52,742 nt of DNA, taken from the IMG/VR virus record IMGVR_UViG_3300025141_000137, positions 1 through 52,742 of that record. One strand, given 5' to 3'. Positions 18,904-28,400 of this stretch are shown piece by piece. The position numbers and the translations under genes are program-made. The notes under the pieces are model-generated. The model did no database searches. It was given only the letters and a program-made list of their open reading frames with translations, and had not been told where the DNA came from. The stretch's first letter is position 1, and each line of letters begins with the position of its first letter. Source of the stretch: a virus. Its lineage: Duplodnaviria; Caudoviricetes.

Positions 18904-18944
18904 GAAGTTCTCCGGCGCTATGGCAGCGTATCACGGGCTCTCAA

Positions 18945-20483
18945 TCAAGGCAGGTTGTACCATCTCCGCCAGGGGCGACGGGTCTCAACAATCTGCTGAG
19001 CTCGCCCGGGGCGTTTGAGCATTGGCTCCTCTGGGTAGCGCAGATCCCCGTAGCGATCTGTGGCCTTTTTCAGGTGCTGAAGGTAGTAGTTGCTGGCCCG
19101 GTCAGCCATGTCTGCGTTGCCCATGCTCTCATAGAGCAGAACGAGCGTCCTCCAGAGGAGAATCTCAGTGGCGTCCAGGTGGACTCGGGGCGTGTCCTCG
19201 GGGTCTACCAGCACAGCCGGACGGCGGAGACAACGGATGTCCACTTCGTACCGATCATCCGGACGGGGGTAGAACGCCAGAGTCTGATATCCGTGGGTCT
19301 CTCGGAGGGGCCGCAAGTAGTCCGGAATGATTGTCCCATCGTCATCGAAGATCGTGTCATTTCCATCCTGGTCTGCCAACAAGAAATACTTATCGGGAGT
19401 CTCGATTGCCGCACCGAAGGTATCCGTCGTGGTCAGAGGCCCAACGGTGTAGTTCGCGGTGTCTACCGTGTGGCGACGGCGATAGATCCGCTTCCGGATT
19501 CCAGTCCTGTTCAGTCGATCTCGACCTGATGCGTTGAAGCCCAACATCTGATCAATGTTGGGGGTGTTGACCCGAATCCTCGTGGAGTTATTGGCTGTCG
19601 TGATCGAAGCTGAGACGGGGCTTGGAGCACTTTCCCACAGGGGCTCTCTCCGGGCTGCTGTAGATGACAGAATCGTGCCCCCTGGCCCATAGTTCTGGAT
19701 TTCCGTGTCCCTGATCCCCCAGTAATAGGTGAAGCAGTAGGAGAACTCTCCAGCAGGATCTGGTCCTGCCCAGTTGGTCTGGGCAACAGAACTCACCGTA
19801 GGTGTTTGAGTCGGGTCGGGCACCATCTTCCGATGCTCACGACGCCAAGCGACCCGAGGGAGTCCTGCTGAGACAGTCCCCGGAGCATCGTCCAAGCTGA
19901 GCTTCTCAGCCTCAAGCTCTCCAATGATATCGAGCGGCCAGTTCTGGTTGCTTTTGGCAAGCCGGAGGCTGTTGATCTCAATGACGTCGTCCGGCACGGA
20001 GTATTCATCCGTATGGATCCGGTAGTCCATCGCGGAGTCGGTGGTGTTGTGCCAGGGGCGGTAGAGAGTGACGGCCTGGAAGTTGTCGTTTCCAATCGCA
20101 AGCTGGAAGACTTGTCGGATTCGGTGCCTGTGGACACGACCATTCGGGTCGGTGACCTCAATCATCCGGCCGCCCCAGAGGCCAGTTTGGTCCCAGGACA
20201 CGTACCCCGCCAAAGTGATGTCGATGGAGCGAGCAAGAACCCAGGGATCTGCAGGACGGACAGCAACGGTATCCGTGGGAGCAGTGTACTCCGCCTGGGG
20301 AACTACATCTGCCTGGGTGGCCAGGAGAAGCTGGTCCTGGAAGAACAGGAACGGCGCGTCAATCGCCAACTGGTAGTAGGCCCGGTTGATGAAAGCATCC
20401 ACCCGGGCGATAGCATCTACTGACTGAGTAGGAGCCCAATCAACCTGGGAGAAAACGCGGTCTCGGATGTCAGAGAGATTCAA
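18945..20483 (-). CDS. Head-to-tail adaptor with inserted Ig/FN3-like domain
   Basis: MNLSDIRDRV..FINRAY N-terminus and FYPRPD..Y C-terminal segment; GGAGG RBS, TTG start. Confidence 0.7.
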   Translation of the reverse strand: MNLSDIRDRVFSQVDWAPTQSVDAIARVDAFINRAYYQLAIDAPFLFFQDQLLLATQADVVPQAEYTAPTDTVAVRPADPWVLARSIDITLAGYVSWDQTGLWGGRMIEVTDPNGRVHRHRIRQVFQLAIGNDNFQAVTLYRPWHNTTDSAMDYRIHTDEYSVPDDVIEINSLRLAKSNQNWPLDIIGELEAEKLSLDDAPGTVSAGLPRVAWRREHRKMVPDPTQTPTVSSVAQTNWAGPDPAGEFSYCFTYYWGIRDTEIQNYGPGGTILSSTAARREPLWESAPSPVSASITTANNSTRIRVNTPNIDQMLGFNASGRDRLNRTGIRKRIYRRRHTVDTANYTVGPLTTTDTFGAAIETPDKYFLLADQDGNDTIFDDDGTIIPDYLRPLRETHGYQTLAFYPRPDDRYEVDIRCLRRPAVLVDPEDTPRVHLDATEILLWRTLVLLYESMGNADMADRASNYYLQHLKKATDRYGDLRYPEEPMLKRPGRAQQIVETRRPWRRWYNLP

Positions 20484-20519
20484 GCCTCACCTCCCAGGAG
20501 AACTTTATCAGAAACAGGC

Positions 20520-20577
20520 GAACCCCGCCTCCCCAACGGAGCGAGGGAAGACGGGGTTCAAGGCAGACCCGAAGGTC
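20520..20577 (-). terminator. Hairpins after capsid/decoration genes
   Basis: GACC-UUCG-GGUC hairpin (20566-20577) then GAACCCCGUCUUCCC/GGGGAGGCGGGGUUC stem (20520-20559); weak U-tract. Confidence 0.6.
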
Positions 20578-20595
20578 CGATTCGCGCTGTAGGAC

Positions 20596-21117
20596 TCAGC
20601 CTGGGCAGTTGATCATTGCCGCGCCAGTAGCCGTGGCTGCTGTAGTGGCCAAAGCAACCCCGAAACAATGCGTGGTGACTGCACCTCGGTTGTCAGCACG
20701 ACCGGTAACAACATTGCCCTGCACGAGGCCGTTGTCTGCTGTGAAACCACCGGTATCAGCGAGGACCAAGCCTCGGCCCTTCCGAAGAATAAAGCCGAAG
20801 GAGCCAGCCGCGATTGTGTGCTGCGAGACTCCGACCACCCGAGCAGTTTCTGTATCAAGAGCCGCGATCTGGCAGTCGTAGTCGAGGGCACCGAGCTCTC
20901 GCATGACGATGGTTCCAGCAACCCACTGGGCTCCCGTAGCGTTGCGGACGTAGATCCACTCCTGATCACCGGCATTGGCAGTGGACACGCCATCATTGAT
21001 GGCACTTGGAACGGTCAAGATGAAACCCAGAGGTGCCTGAGCACCGAGGCCATCAACAACCGTAGTCGCAGCAGTGGTCACCAAATCAAAAGAGACGCCA
21101 GCAGTAGTGCGGGCCAT
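20596..21117 (-). CDS. Capsid decoration/cement protein
   Basis: Directly after MCP; EWIYVRN, VVGV...IAAGSFGFILRKG segments. Confidence 0.7.
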   Translation of the reverse strand: MARTTAGVSFDLVTTAATTVVDGLGAQAPLGFILTVPSAINDGVSTANAGDQEWIYVRNATGAQWVAGTIVMRELGALDYDCQIAALDTETARVVGVSQHTIAAGSFGFILRKGRGLVLADTGGFTADNGLVQGNVVTGRADNRGAVTTHCFGVALATTAATATGAAMINCPG

Positions 21118-21126
21118 AAAAGACTC

Positions 21127-22206
21127 CTACGGGGTGTTGGCGCCGGTCACGGCACCGTTGCAACGAAGCTGATCGCAGTACAGTCCCATGTTCAGGACGT
21201 ACTCGTAACGCCACATGTCCTGCTCAGGGATCCGGATGGGACCACGGATTGAGAAATCACCCGCAGTTTCCATCGCGGCATCACCGCCCAACGTGTAGAG
21301 ATGCCACGAGGCACTGTGGATGAAGTAGATGACGCCATCCTGAGCCGCTGCGGCACCGAAACCTGCCGGGTTGATGGAGCGCTCCATGAAGAAGTCGGCT
21401 TCCAGGAAAGCAACGCCCTTCCGGATCATCGGAGGAGCCTTGTCGCCCTCAACCTTGACCACGCGAACCTGCTGGTCCAGATCGTCCAGGTAGTTCAGGT
21501 ACGAGGTCTGGTCACCGAGGAGCAAGTCCACGGGGCCCATGGTCTTGGCGCCTTCAGATGAGGCCAAGTAGTAAACCTGCTGCATACGCTGGCGGCCATT
21601 GGCAGCAAACGATGTGATGTCCGCGTACTGGTTTGACCAGCCGGCCAGACCGCCCGCAGCAGCGGGCTTGCCCAAGCCAAACACTGTGGTGTTCTGGGCT
21701 GCGGGAGCGGCAAACTCCATCACGCCCTGGCGGGCAGCACCCTGCGGGTTGTAGGTAGTGTCACCGTTCAGAGTGACGAAACCACCGACGCCCGCTCCAT
21801 TGCCCATGGCCATCTGAGTAGCAATGCGCTCATGGAAGTCGCTCAGTGCGAGCTCTGGGTATGCCTTGATGATCTTGGCCAGATCGTTCTCGCCATTTGC
21901 CTCAGCAAGATCCTTTCCAGGAACGTCGAATGCGTAGATGAGGCGGGGCGCGTAGGCATCGCCTCGGGAAGCATTCTGCCGACGTCCACCAGCGATAACC
22001 TCGGAGCCCGTGAGGACCTGAGTCACCTGCCCGGGACCATCCGTGACGACCACGAACTCGCGGTAGGGGCCCTTGAGGGAGCCTCGGTCAATGTTGCCCT
22101 TGGTGACAATCCGCTCAAGGATTGGGTGCCAGAGGGTAAACAGTTCGGAATAGCCCGGCGCCAAGTCTTGGAGCGCGGTAGCAACAACATCTGGAGAGAT
22201 GGGCAT
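21127..22206 (-). CDS. Major capsid protein
   Basis: 359 aa between scaffold and decoration genes; C-terminal GLYCDQLRCNG resembles HK97-fold MCP ends. Confidence 0.85.
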   Translation of the reverse strand: MPISPDVVATALQDLAPGYSELFTLWHPILERIVTKGNIDRGSLKGPYREFVVVTDGPGQVTQVLTGSEVIAGGRRQNASRGDAYAPRLIYAFDVPGKDLAEANGENDLAKIIKAYPELALSDFHERIATQMAMGNGAGVGGFVTLNGDTTYNPQGAARQGVMEFAAPAAQNTTVFGLGKPAAAGGLAGWSNQYADITSFAANGRQRMQQVYYLASSEGAKTMGPVDLLLGDQTSYLNYLDDLDQQVRVVKVEGDKAPPMIRKGVAFLEADFFMERSINPAGFGAAAAQDGVIYFIHSASWHLYTLGGDAAMETAGDFSIRGPIRIPEQDMWRYEYVLNMGLYCDQLRCNGAVTGANTP

Positions 22207-22274
22207 TGTCAGGTCCTTTTAGGGGGGGTCGCTCCGTTTCTACTTACTACCGCTCCGTTGAGGAGAAGTCTACT

Positions 22275-23207
22275 CTACCTCCCACCTTTATGCACGCGAA
22301 GTGCACGTCGGGAGGCTAAAGCTCGCATTTCGTCCAGGCTTTTGGCGTCAGAAACTGTGGGAGAACGCACCTCTGGACGGGTATCCGTGGTGGCTCCATT
22401 GGTAAGTCGAGCAGCCGGCCGTGGCTGAGATGCGGCCTTCCTGGCGGTATCTGTGGCAGTCTTGACTTGTTCCTTCTCGTAGAGATCCCGGATCTTGTCG
22501 CGCTCATCCAGCTTTGACTGGAGATCCCGCTCTTTCGCGTCAGCCTGGGCAATGCGGAGCGCGTACTTATCGGACACGCCGTCTTTCTTGGCCGCAACTG
22601 CCAGCTTGAGCGTTTCTTCTGAGAGATCGAGTAGCTGGACTGCAACCTCTGCGTCCCAACTCCCCAGATCGCCTTCGGGGTCCAGGAGGTTCTTGAATCT
22701 CTCGCGCTTCTCGGGGTCTTCCTTGATGTCCCCGTGTCGGTCCCAGAAGTTGTCAGCGTACTCCCGGGCCATCAGTCCCTGGAAGTTGTTGTACTCCTCC
22801 TGCAAGGATTTCAGGTCCTCCCCAGCTTTTCCGTACTGAGCCTTGTACGCGTCGAACTCCCTGCGGAGCGTGTCCCGTTCACTGCTCAGGGAGCGGACCC
22901 GAGGATCCTCCTGCTCACGGATAATGGCGCTGTAGACATCCTGGAGATCCTTGAACTCCGCAGCCCGAGCCTCAAAGTCCTTGTTCAGGTGCGAGTGGAT
23001 CTTCCCACCGGATTCCTGGAGGTGGTCGGGGAGAGCGTCTACTTCGCCGCTCCAATCGTCCCAACCATCCCAAGAGGTGGAGGAGTCGGCAGCAGCTACA
23101 CCGGACGGGGATGCAGAGGCCGAAGCCTCGGGCACACCGCTGCTTTCTCCTCCAGAAACGGGGGCAGAGGCTTCTGCTGAGGGAGCTACAGGCGTTCCGT
23201 CATCCAC
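22275..23207 (-). CDS. Scaffolding protein
   Basis: Low-complexity acidic N-terminus, coiled coils, basic C-terminal helix, just upstream of MCP. Confidence 0.75.
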   Translation of the reverse strand: MDDGTPVAPSAEASAPVSGGESSGVPEASASASPSGVAAADSSTSWDGWDDWSGEVDALPDHLQESGGKIHSHLNKDFEARAAEFKDLQDVYSAIIREQEDPRVRSLSSERDTLRREFDAYKAQYGKAGEDLKSLQEEYNNFQGLMAREYADNFWDRHGDIKEDPEKRERFKNLLDPEGDLGSWDAEVAVQLLDLSEETLKLAVAAKKDGVSDKYALRIAQADAKERDLQSKLDERDKIRDLYEKEQVKTATDTARKAASQPRPAARLTNGATTDTRPEVRSPTVSDAKSLDEMRALASRRALRVHKGGR

Positions 23208-23638
23208 TATTTGCCCCCGTAGTGCTTGGAGAATGCCCGCTTTGCTGCGCTATTACGCATCGTGTGAGGGTCGAAACCGAATGCCTCGGCGCCACCCATG
23301 GGCTCTTCTTCCCCTTCTTCCTCAGGTGCCTCTTCTTCTGGGGCGCCCTCTGACTTGGTAAGCTCAAACCCGTATTCCTGGAGCCAGGAGACAAGCTGTC
23401 CTGCATCGCCAGGGCCGTGCTCCTTGATCGCTGCTTCCAGAGCAGCCTCCGGAGTGTCGTAGCTTTCCTTGGCAGGAGCCTCCTCTTCTGGGGCTTCCTC
23501 TTCTTCCTGCTCAGCCTCTTCCATGGGAGCCTCTTCTGCCATCTCGGGCATTTCGCCCTCGTGCATCTCTTCCATGGAATCCTTCTCCTTCTCAGACTTC
23601 TTGCCGCGCTTGGGCGCAGCGGAAGCAATGATCAACAT
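23207..23638 (-). CDS. Highly acidic small head-cluster protein
   Basis: E-rich; C-terminus resembles the scaffold C-terminus. Confidence 0.75.
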   Translation of the reverse strand: MLIIASAAPKRGKKSEKEKDSMEEMHEGEMPEMAEEAPMEEAEQEEEEAPEEEAPAKESYDTPEAALEAAIKEHGPGDAGQLVSWLQEYGFELTKSEGAPEEEAPEEEGEEEPMGGAEAFGFDPHTMRNSAAKRAFSKHYGGK

Positions 23639-23660
23639 GGGGGCTCCCTACAGAGAGTTT

Positions 23661-24089
23661 CTACCGGACCACCTTTGGGGTGTCAAGACCAGCTTTCAAT
23701 ACGTGCTCACGATTTTTCTCGCGCTTCCTCGCCTGTTGCTTGTGCCTCACATCACGGTAGCCCTCACTTCGAGCCGCCGCATCGCAGGAGTTTCGGACGT
23801 CGTCGTAATGGTCCGTCCATTCACGGTCGCTCTTGTCCACCACCTCGCGCCCCGGGTGCTTTGCAAAGTACCGGCGCATCTCTGAGTTGGACGTGAACTC
23901 CTTCCCAAGCTGGTTCATGGAGACGGGCCGGGTAGACGTGGCACCAACTGTCCTGATGGGGTGGAGGATCGTCCGAGCTCCTCCCCCACAGGTGGGACAA
24001 GTCAGCCCGTGGTTTTCGTACTCCCGGAGGCTCACGATGTCCTCGAATCGCCCGCAGTCCAACTCCACGCACTCGCCTTCATAGAGCAT
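23661..24089 (-). CDS. FmdB-like zinc-ribbon protein
   Basis: YEGECxxxxCG..FE...CPTCG. Confidence 0.7.
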   Translation of the reverse strand: MLYEGECVELDCGRFEDIVSLREYENHGLTCPTCGGGARTILHPIRTVGATSTRPVSMNQLGKEFTSNSEMRRYFAKHPGREVVDKSDREWTDHYDDVRNSCDAAARSEGYRDVRHKQQARKREKNREHVLKAGLDTPKVVR

Positions 24090-24245
24090 CTACTTCTTCC
24101 CCTTGGGCTTCTTGAGCTTCCAACCCCTGTTGTGCAGAGCCAGGACCTCAGCGAGGATCTCGTCCATGGTGAGGGGGCCGCTCTTCTTGGCCGGAGCCTT
24201 CTTTGCGGGGGCTTTCTTTGCTGTCGTCTTCTTCTCGGTAGCCAT
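24090..24245 (-). CDS. Small basic protein with KKAPAKK repeats
   Basis: AGGA RBS then MATEKK; start trimmed from ORF track. Confidence 0.65.
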   Translation of the reverse strand: MATEKKTTAKKAPAKKAPAKKSGPLTMDEILAEVLALHNRGWKLKKPKGKK

Positions 24246-25736
24246 GATCAGTCCTATAGTGGGCGGTGTCGAGGTTTGGCGAGGGCGCGGATTTGTTCCT
24301 TGGTCGGCCACTGTTCGGCAGCCTCGTAGGTTGCTTCTGCTTTCTGTCGAGCCGCCAGAGCACCTCGCTCAGTCATCAGAGCAGAGTGGAGAGGTTGGCT
24401 CAAGACGCCTTCCCGCAAGAGTTGGTTGGCCTGAGGGGGGTGTGCTCTCAGCCACTCAAGCCCATGCGGGGAGAGGTCCCCAGCCTCCAACGGGCGCGGC
24501 TTTTCAAGGCCATGGAGGGCGAAAAATCGAATCTGCTCGGTCGGGTCCGTGATCTTCGTGTAGTTGTAGGCTGCCAGCATGGGAATCGCCAGACCAGCCT
24601 CTATAGCCTCCGCCATCACCAACCAGGGCCCCACATAGGCCGTCTTCATGGCAACCTTGCCGATCTTCTTGAGTTGCGCCATCTTGGTATCAGCAGACTT
24701 GGCCATGTCATATCCATCAAAGGCAGCATCAAGCGCCTCATCCATGACCCCGACACCCTGAACGGCCGGGTCATTGCCAGTCGGATACCAACCCAGTGTC
24801 CGACTCTGATGCAGGTCCCCGTATAAGCCTTGTGCTGACACTTGTGAGGGGGCCCGAGCCTGATCATACGCATTCGCAGCCCGATCAAACTCATCAGTTG
24901 CCTTCTGGAGGTCCTCCATGATCGATGGCATGGCTCCCCACTGGGCGCTCAGACGCGCTGGTGCCGTGCGCTCCAGTGGACCCAGAGGTGGCCCAAACCT
25001 GCGGGCTGCTTGTCTATATCCGTGTTCGGCCCGCTGAAGCTTCTGTGCCGCTTCCCTCAGCTCAGCATCAGAAGCCAGCCGAGTGAGACCAGGATCTGGC
25101 CCGAACTGGTGAGCTTTCTTGCTGTGCCTCATCTCTTCGGGAAGCTTAGCGAGCGACTCCTCCCGGAGGAGAGCCGCATCTGCCATATAGTCCGTACCCC
25201 CCGGAATCTCTGAAATATCAGGGATGACATCCAGATCTGCCAGGGCATCGCGCATGACCCGCTCCCCAAACTCCCTCTCAATGTAAGCGTCTTGAGCCCC
25301 TTTCCAGGCTTGACCTCGTCGATGAGCCAAGTCGAGATCAGAGACCATCTTGGCCTCTCCCGCCATCCGAGCTTTCCTCGCTGATTGCTCCTTGGGGGCA
25401 CGGACCGCGGCCCCTAAAACCTCTGCGGGAGCGTCGATTCCAGCAATCTGCGCCATCCCGGCCGCCGCAGGAAGCCCCCATGACGCCGTGTACAGGCCCA
25501 GGGCTGCCTCACCTGACCCCTTTTCTGTGACTGGAATGGGAGCGACACCCCCGAGGGCTGTCTTGAAATGCTCCCAAGGACGAGCAGCCAAGGTAGCGGC
25601 AAGGCGCTCTTCCTGAGTTTGATTCCGCTGTTCCTGCTCCTTTGCGAGAGCCGTAGCGGCTGCTTCCTCCCGCATCTTCCGCATACTCTCCGAAGGATCT
25701 AAATCTACCCGTTCATCCCAAGCCATGATCAGTCCT
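24240..25736. repeat. Perfect 16-bp direct repeat AGCCATGATCAGTCCT
   Basis: Copies at 24240-24255 and 25721-25736. Confidence 0.85.
24254..25726 (-). CDS. Hypothetical 490-aa helical protein
   Basis: Long ORF with AAGGA RBS; flanked by 16-bp direct repeat. Confidence 0.8.
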   Translation of the reverse strand: MAWDERVDLDPSESMRKMREEAAATALAKEQEQRNQTQEERLAATLAARPWEHFKTALGGVAPIPVTEKGSGEAALGLYTASWGLPAAAGMAQIAGIDAPAEVLGAAVRAPKEQSARKARMAGEAKMVSDLDLAHRRGQAWKGAQDAYIEREFGERVMRDALADLDVIPDISEIPGGTDYMADAALLREESLAKLPEEMRHSKKAHQFGPDPGLTRLASDAELREAAQKLQRAEHGYRQAARRFGPPLGPLERTAPARLSAQWGAMPSIMEDLQKATDEFDRAANAYDQARAPSQVSAQGLYGDLHQSRTLGWYPTGNDPAVQGVGVMDEALDAAFDGYDMAKSADTKMAQLKKIGKVAMKTAYVGPWLVMAEAIEAGLAIPMLAAYNYTKITDPTEQIRFFALHGLEKPRPLEAGDLSPHGLEWLRAHPPQANQLLREGVLSQPLHSALMTERGALAARQKAEATYEAAEQWPTKEQIRALAKPRHRPL

Positions 25737-26032
25737 TACTTGTTGTACTTCTTGCGGTTCTTTGTGCGAGATGTGGCCCGGAGATTCCCGGTTGCATTCC
25801 CACCGCCCTTTGAGAGGGGCGTCTTGTGGTCAACTTCGTTCTCGTCCCCAGGCTTCAGGTCCAGCTTACGACGGGCCTTGTTCCGAGTGCTGCGATTCTT
25901 TCGCTGCTCGGGCTTGGCATGGTACTCGTCGTACTCCTTGCGGTAGTTGCGCTTGCCCTTTTTCTTGCCCGAGGATGCGAGCGCTGAGCGGGCCGCACCG
26001 TTCCGCATCTCCGCCATGGTCTTGTACGCCAT
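25736..26032 (-). CDS. Small HNH endonuclease
   Basis: VDHKTPLSKGG.N...NL.......NRKK; start trimmed to MAYKT. Confidence 0.8.
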   Translation of the reverse strand: MAYKTMAEMRNGAARSALASSGKKKGKRNYRKEYDEYHAKPEQRKNRSTRNKARRKLDLKPGDENEVDHKTPLSKGGGNATGNLRATSRTKNRKKYNK

Positions 26033-26034
26033 AG

Positions 26035-26217
26035 CTACTTCACGCTGTACTTGGGCTTCTGCTCTCGGCTCGCCTTCTCGGCTCGCTTCTTCTGCTCTCC
26101 CCACATCTCACTGAGCCTATCTTTGTGCCCCTGCTCAGAAGAAGCAGCGGGCTGCCCAAGGTCCTGCAGCAAGGTCTGCTTCTTTCGGTCGTCCATCGTT
26201 TGGAGGTCATTGGGCAT
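26035..26217 (-). CDS. Hypothetical protein
   Basis: GGAG RBS, fills gap. Confidence 0.6.
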   Translation of the reverse strand: MPNDLQTMDDRKKQTLLQDLGQPAASSEQGHKDRLSEMWGEQKKRAEKASREQKPKYSVK

Positions 26218-26219
26218 GA

Positions 26220-26516
26220 CTACTCCATCCAACCGACGTTGGGTTCGAGTTCGAGTTCCTCGGGGGGTGTGTGGGTGGGTGTCAGCGCTCTCTGAGCAGC
26301 ATTGTTCCGCATTTCTTCGAGAGACTGCGGGGCTTTGAAAGCTGGCGCTCGATCCTGAGCGGCCTGGGTCTCAAGCTCGTCCCCAGTGATGTGCTTCAGC
26401 GCAATGGCGCGGTCTGCCATGTTGGCAGCTTCAGCCCAGGCTTGGCTCGGGTCCATGCCATTCTGAATAGCGCGGGTTGCGTAGTCGTTGATGAACTGCT
26501 GACGGTCCTTGGCCAT
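26220..26516 (-). CDS. Hypothetical protein
   Basis: AAGGA RBS directly after portal. Confidence 0.7.
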   Translation of the reverse strand: MAKDRQQFINDYATRAIQNGMDPSQAWAEAANMADRAIALKHITGDELETQAAQDRAPAFKAPQSLEEMRNNAAQRALTPTHTPPEELELEPNVGWME

Positions 26517-26519
26517 GGA

Positions 26520-28400
26520 TCATCCTTCGGGCTTTACGCCTGGGGGAAGAGGGAAGGGTGCTCCGCCAAACCCAGGTAGGGGGGCTGGGTGGCCTGCACC
26601 ACCCATTTCTGAGGGGATCTCCTGAGACTGGTCTCCTGTGGGGAGGGCCCCAGCCGCCGTCGTGTCCTCTCCGGGAGGGGGCGGAGGCCCACCCGGACCA
26701 GGAGGAGCCTGAATCGGTGCGGCTCCCTGAGCCATCTGGGCCTGAAGTTGCTCGGGGGGAACCAGGAGGTTCTCCATCTGGAGCAGTTCAAGCAGCTTCT
26801 TCATCAGCTTGACCTTGTCAACTGACGGGCTCTGGATCAGGACAGGCAGGAAGTTGGAGAGGTTCCGGAGTTGCGTGAGCCGGTTGTTCTCAGCCGGGCT
26901 GTACGCGCTGACCTTGTAGTCAAACTGGAGGGGGTCCTCTCCCAACTCGTTGAGCAGATCCCGAGCCGCCATGGACGCCCGGGTGACCTCGACAACCTCT
27001 GGCGTGGCATCTGTCAGCCGGATGGGGAGCATTGCATCGTCTGGGAGGAACTCCTCGTAGAGCCCTACGATGCTCTGAGCCATCCACTTCACGAGGTCAT
27101 TCACAGCAGTCTGGCGACGACCGTTCCGCGTGCGGGTAGCGGTGTCCGCAAGAGCAACCTCGGTGGCAACGTCCGTGACGCCCACCACACCTCGACTGTA
27201 CTGTGGGATGCCCAGGACAAACTCGATGACTTGGTTGAGCTTATCTCTCTGCTGCGCGAACTCGGGAGTCAACGACGGGCTCTTCGTGTAGCCCACGATG
27301 TCGTTGATGCTCGCGTTTGCCTTGCCCTTGATGGAGACGACCGAGCCCGGAGCTCCTCCGTCTCGAATCTGAGCCTTTGCTGCAGCAGGGTTATCGCAGA
27401 GCCCCTCGTTGATCAGCATCATTGGAATGGACGTCTGGGCGTGCCAGAGCATCAGGGTGTCAAGCTCGTTCAGCCGGGACAGCGCATTCCAGATGAGCTT
27501 GACGTCTGAGACTCCTCCGATGTCGTTGAGGTTGTCGTTGAACGTCAGCAGGTAGAAGGGGTTGCGGACGAACCGGTAGGGGAGTTCCCCCTTGAACAAT
27601 GGCGCCTCAGCATCTTCCAGGAAGTGGTAATACTGCCCTTCTCCTGAGAAATCGTAGACCTCGTAGACAGTGACCCATTCGAGAATGTCCCGAGCGGTCT
27701 CATTCATCAGTGAGCGATCCCGAGTAGAATCCCGGAGCCACTGAGGGTACGAGGCAAACCGTGCTGACGAGGCAACCTTCTCGTCGTAGATCGCCTCCTC
27801 AGGGAGGTAGGGGTACGGGTCCGCGTCCTCTGGCTTGGCGGGCTTTTCAGTCGCCCCTTTTGCCCGGCGGTTGAACTCGTCCTTGGTCAGAACGGTCACC
27901 TCGATAAGGTACCGAAGGTCAGACCAACGGCCTGCGCTCTGGTCGAACCAGACATACCGAGGATCTCTCGTGATGAAATCTGGAGAGTTCCGTCGGAAGT
28001 TCCAGACCGCCTTTATGAAACACCGGGGGTAGACACAGCTAAGGGTGGCCGCCCGCCAGAGAATCGTGTGCGCCTTGATGCGGTCGAGAGTGTCGTTGAC
28101 CAGGGCCTCTCGATACCGAGCCGCGTTGGCCATCGCCGGACGACGAGCCAGGACATTGACCTCAGGATTGGTCGGGCAGATATTGGCGACCGCCGTGTCC
28201 GCGAAGGCATAGGCGAAGTTCGTCTCCATGGAGAGTTCTTCCCCGGCGCCCCCTCCTCCGCTGCCCTGGGGTTGATCACCCTCCGGGCCATAGAAGTCGC
28301 CCATGTACGCGCCACGGTACCGATCCCAGCGGGCGGTCTCCCCCTGGGACTTGTTCTTGTGCGCCCCGATGAGTTCTCGGATCTGGGTAGGCTTCAGCAT
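26520..28400 (-). CDS. Portal protein
   Basis: 626 aa downstream of terminase; ATEV clip-region motif, Pro/Gly/Gln-rich tail. Confidence 0.85.
   Translation of the reverse strand: MLKPTQIRELIGAHKNKSQGETARWDRYRGAYMGDFYGPEGDQPQGSGGGGAGEELSMETNFAYAFADTAVANICPTNPEVNVLARRPAMANAARYREALVNDTLDRIKAHTILWRAATLSCVYPRCFIKAVWNFRRNSPDFITRDPRYVWFDQSAGRWSDLRYLIEVTVLTKDEFNRRAKGATEKPAKPEDADPYPYLPEEAIYDEKVASSARFASYPQWLRDSTRDRSLMNETARDILEWVTVYEVYDFSGEGQYYHFLEDAEAPLFKGELPYRFVRNPFYLLTFNDNLNDIGGVSDVKLIWNALSRLNELDTLMLWHAQTSIPMMLINEGLCDNPAAAKAQIRDGGAPGSVVSIKGKANASINDIVGYTKSPSLTPEFAQQRDKLNQVIEFVLGIPQYSRGVVGVTDVATEVALADTATRTRNGRRQTAVNDLVKWMAQSIVGLYEEFLPDDAMLPIRLTDATPEVVEVTRASMAARDLLNELGEDPLQFDYKVSAYSPAENNRLTQLRNLSNFLPVLIQSPSVDKVKLMKKLLELLQMENLLVPPEQLQAQMAQGAAPIQAPPGPGGPPPPPGEDTTAAGALPTGDQSQEIPSEMGGAGHPAPLPGFGGAPFPLPPGVKPEG

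Noticed and set aside
23200-23628. Basic alternate-frame ORF over the acidic protein; likewise 28276-29169
   Set aside because: Frameshift shadows of low-complexity genes
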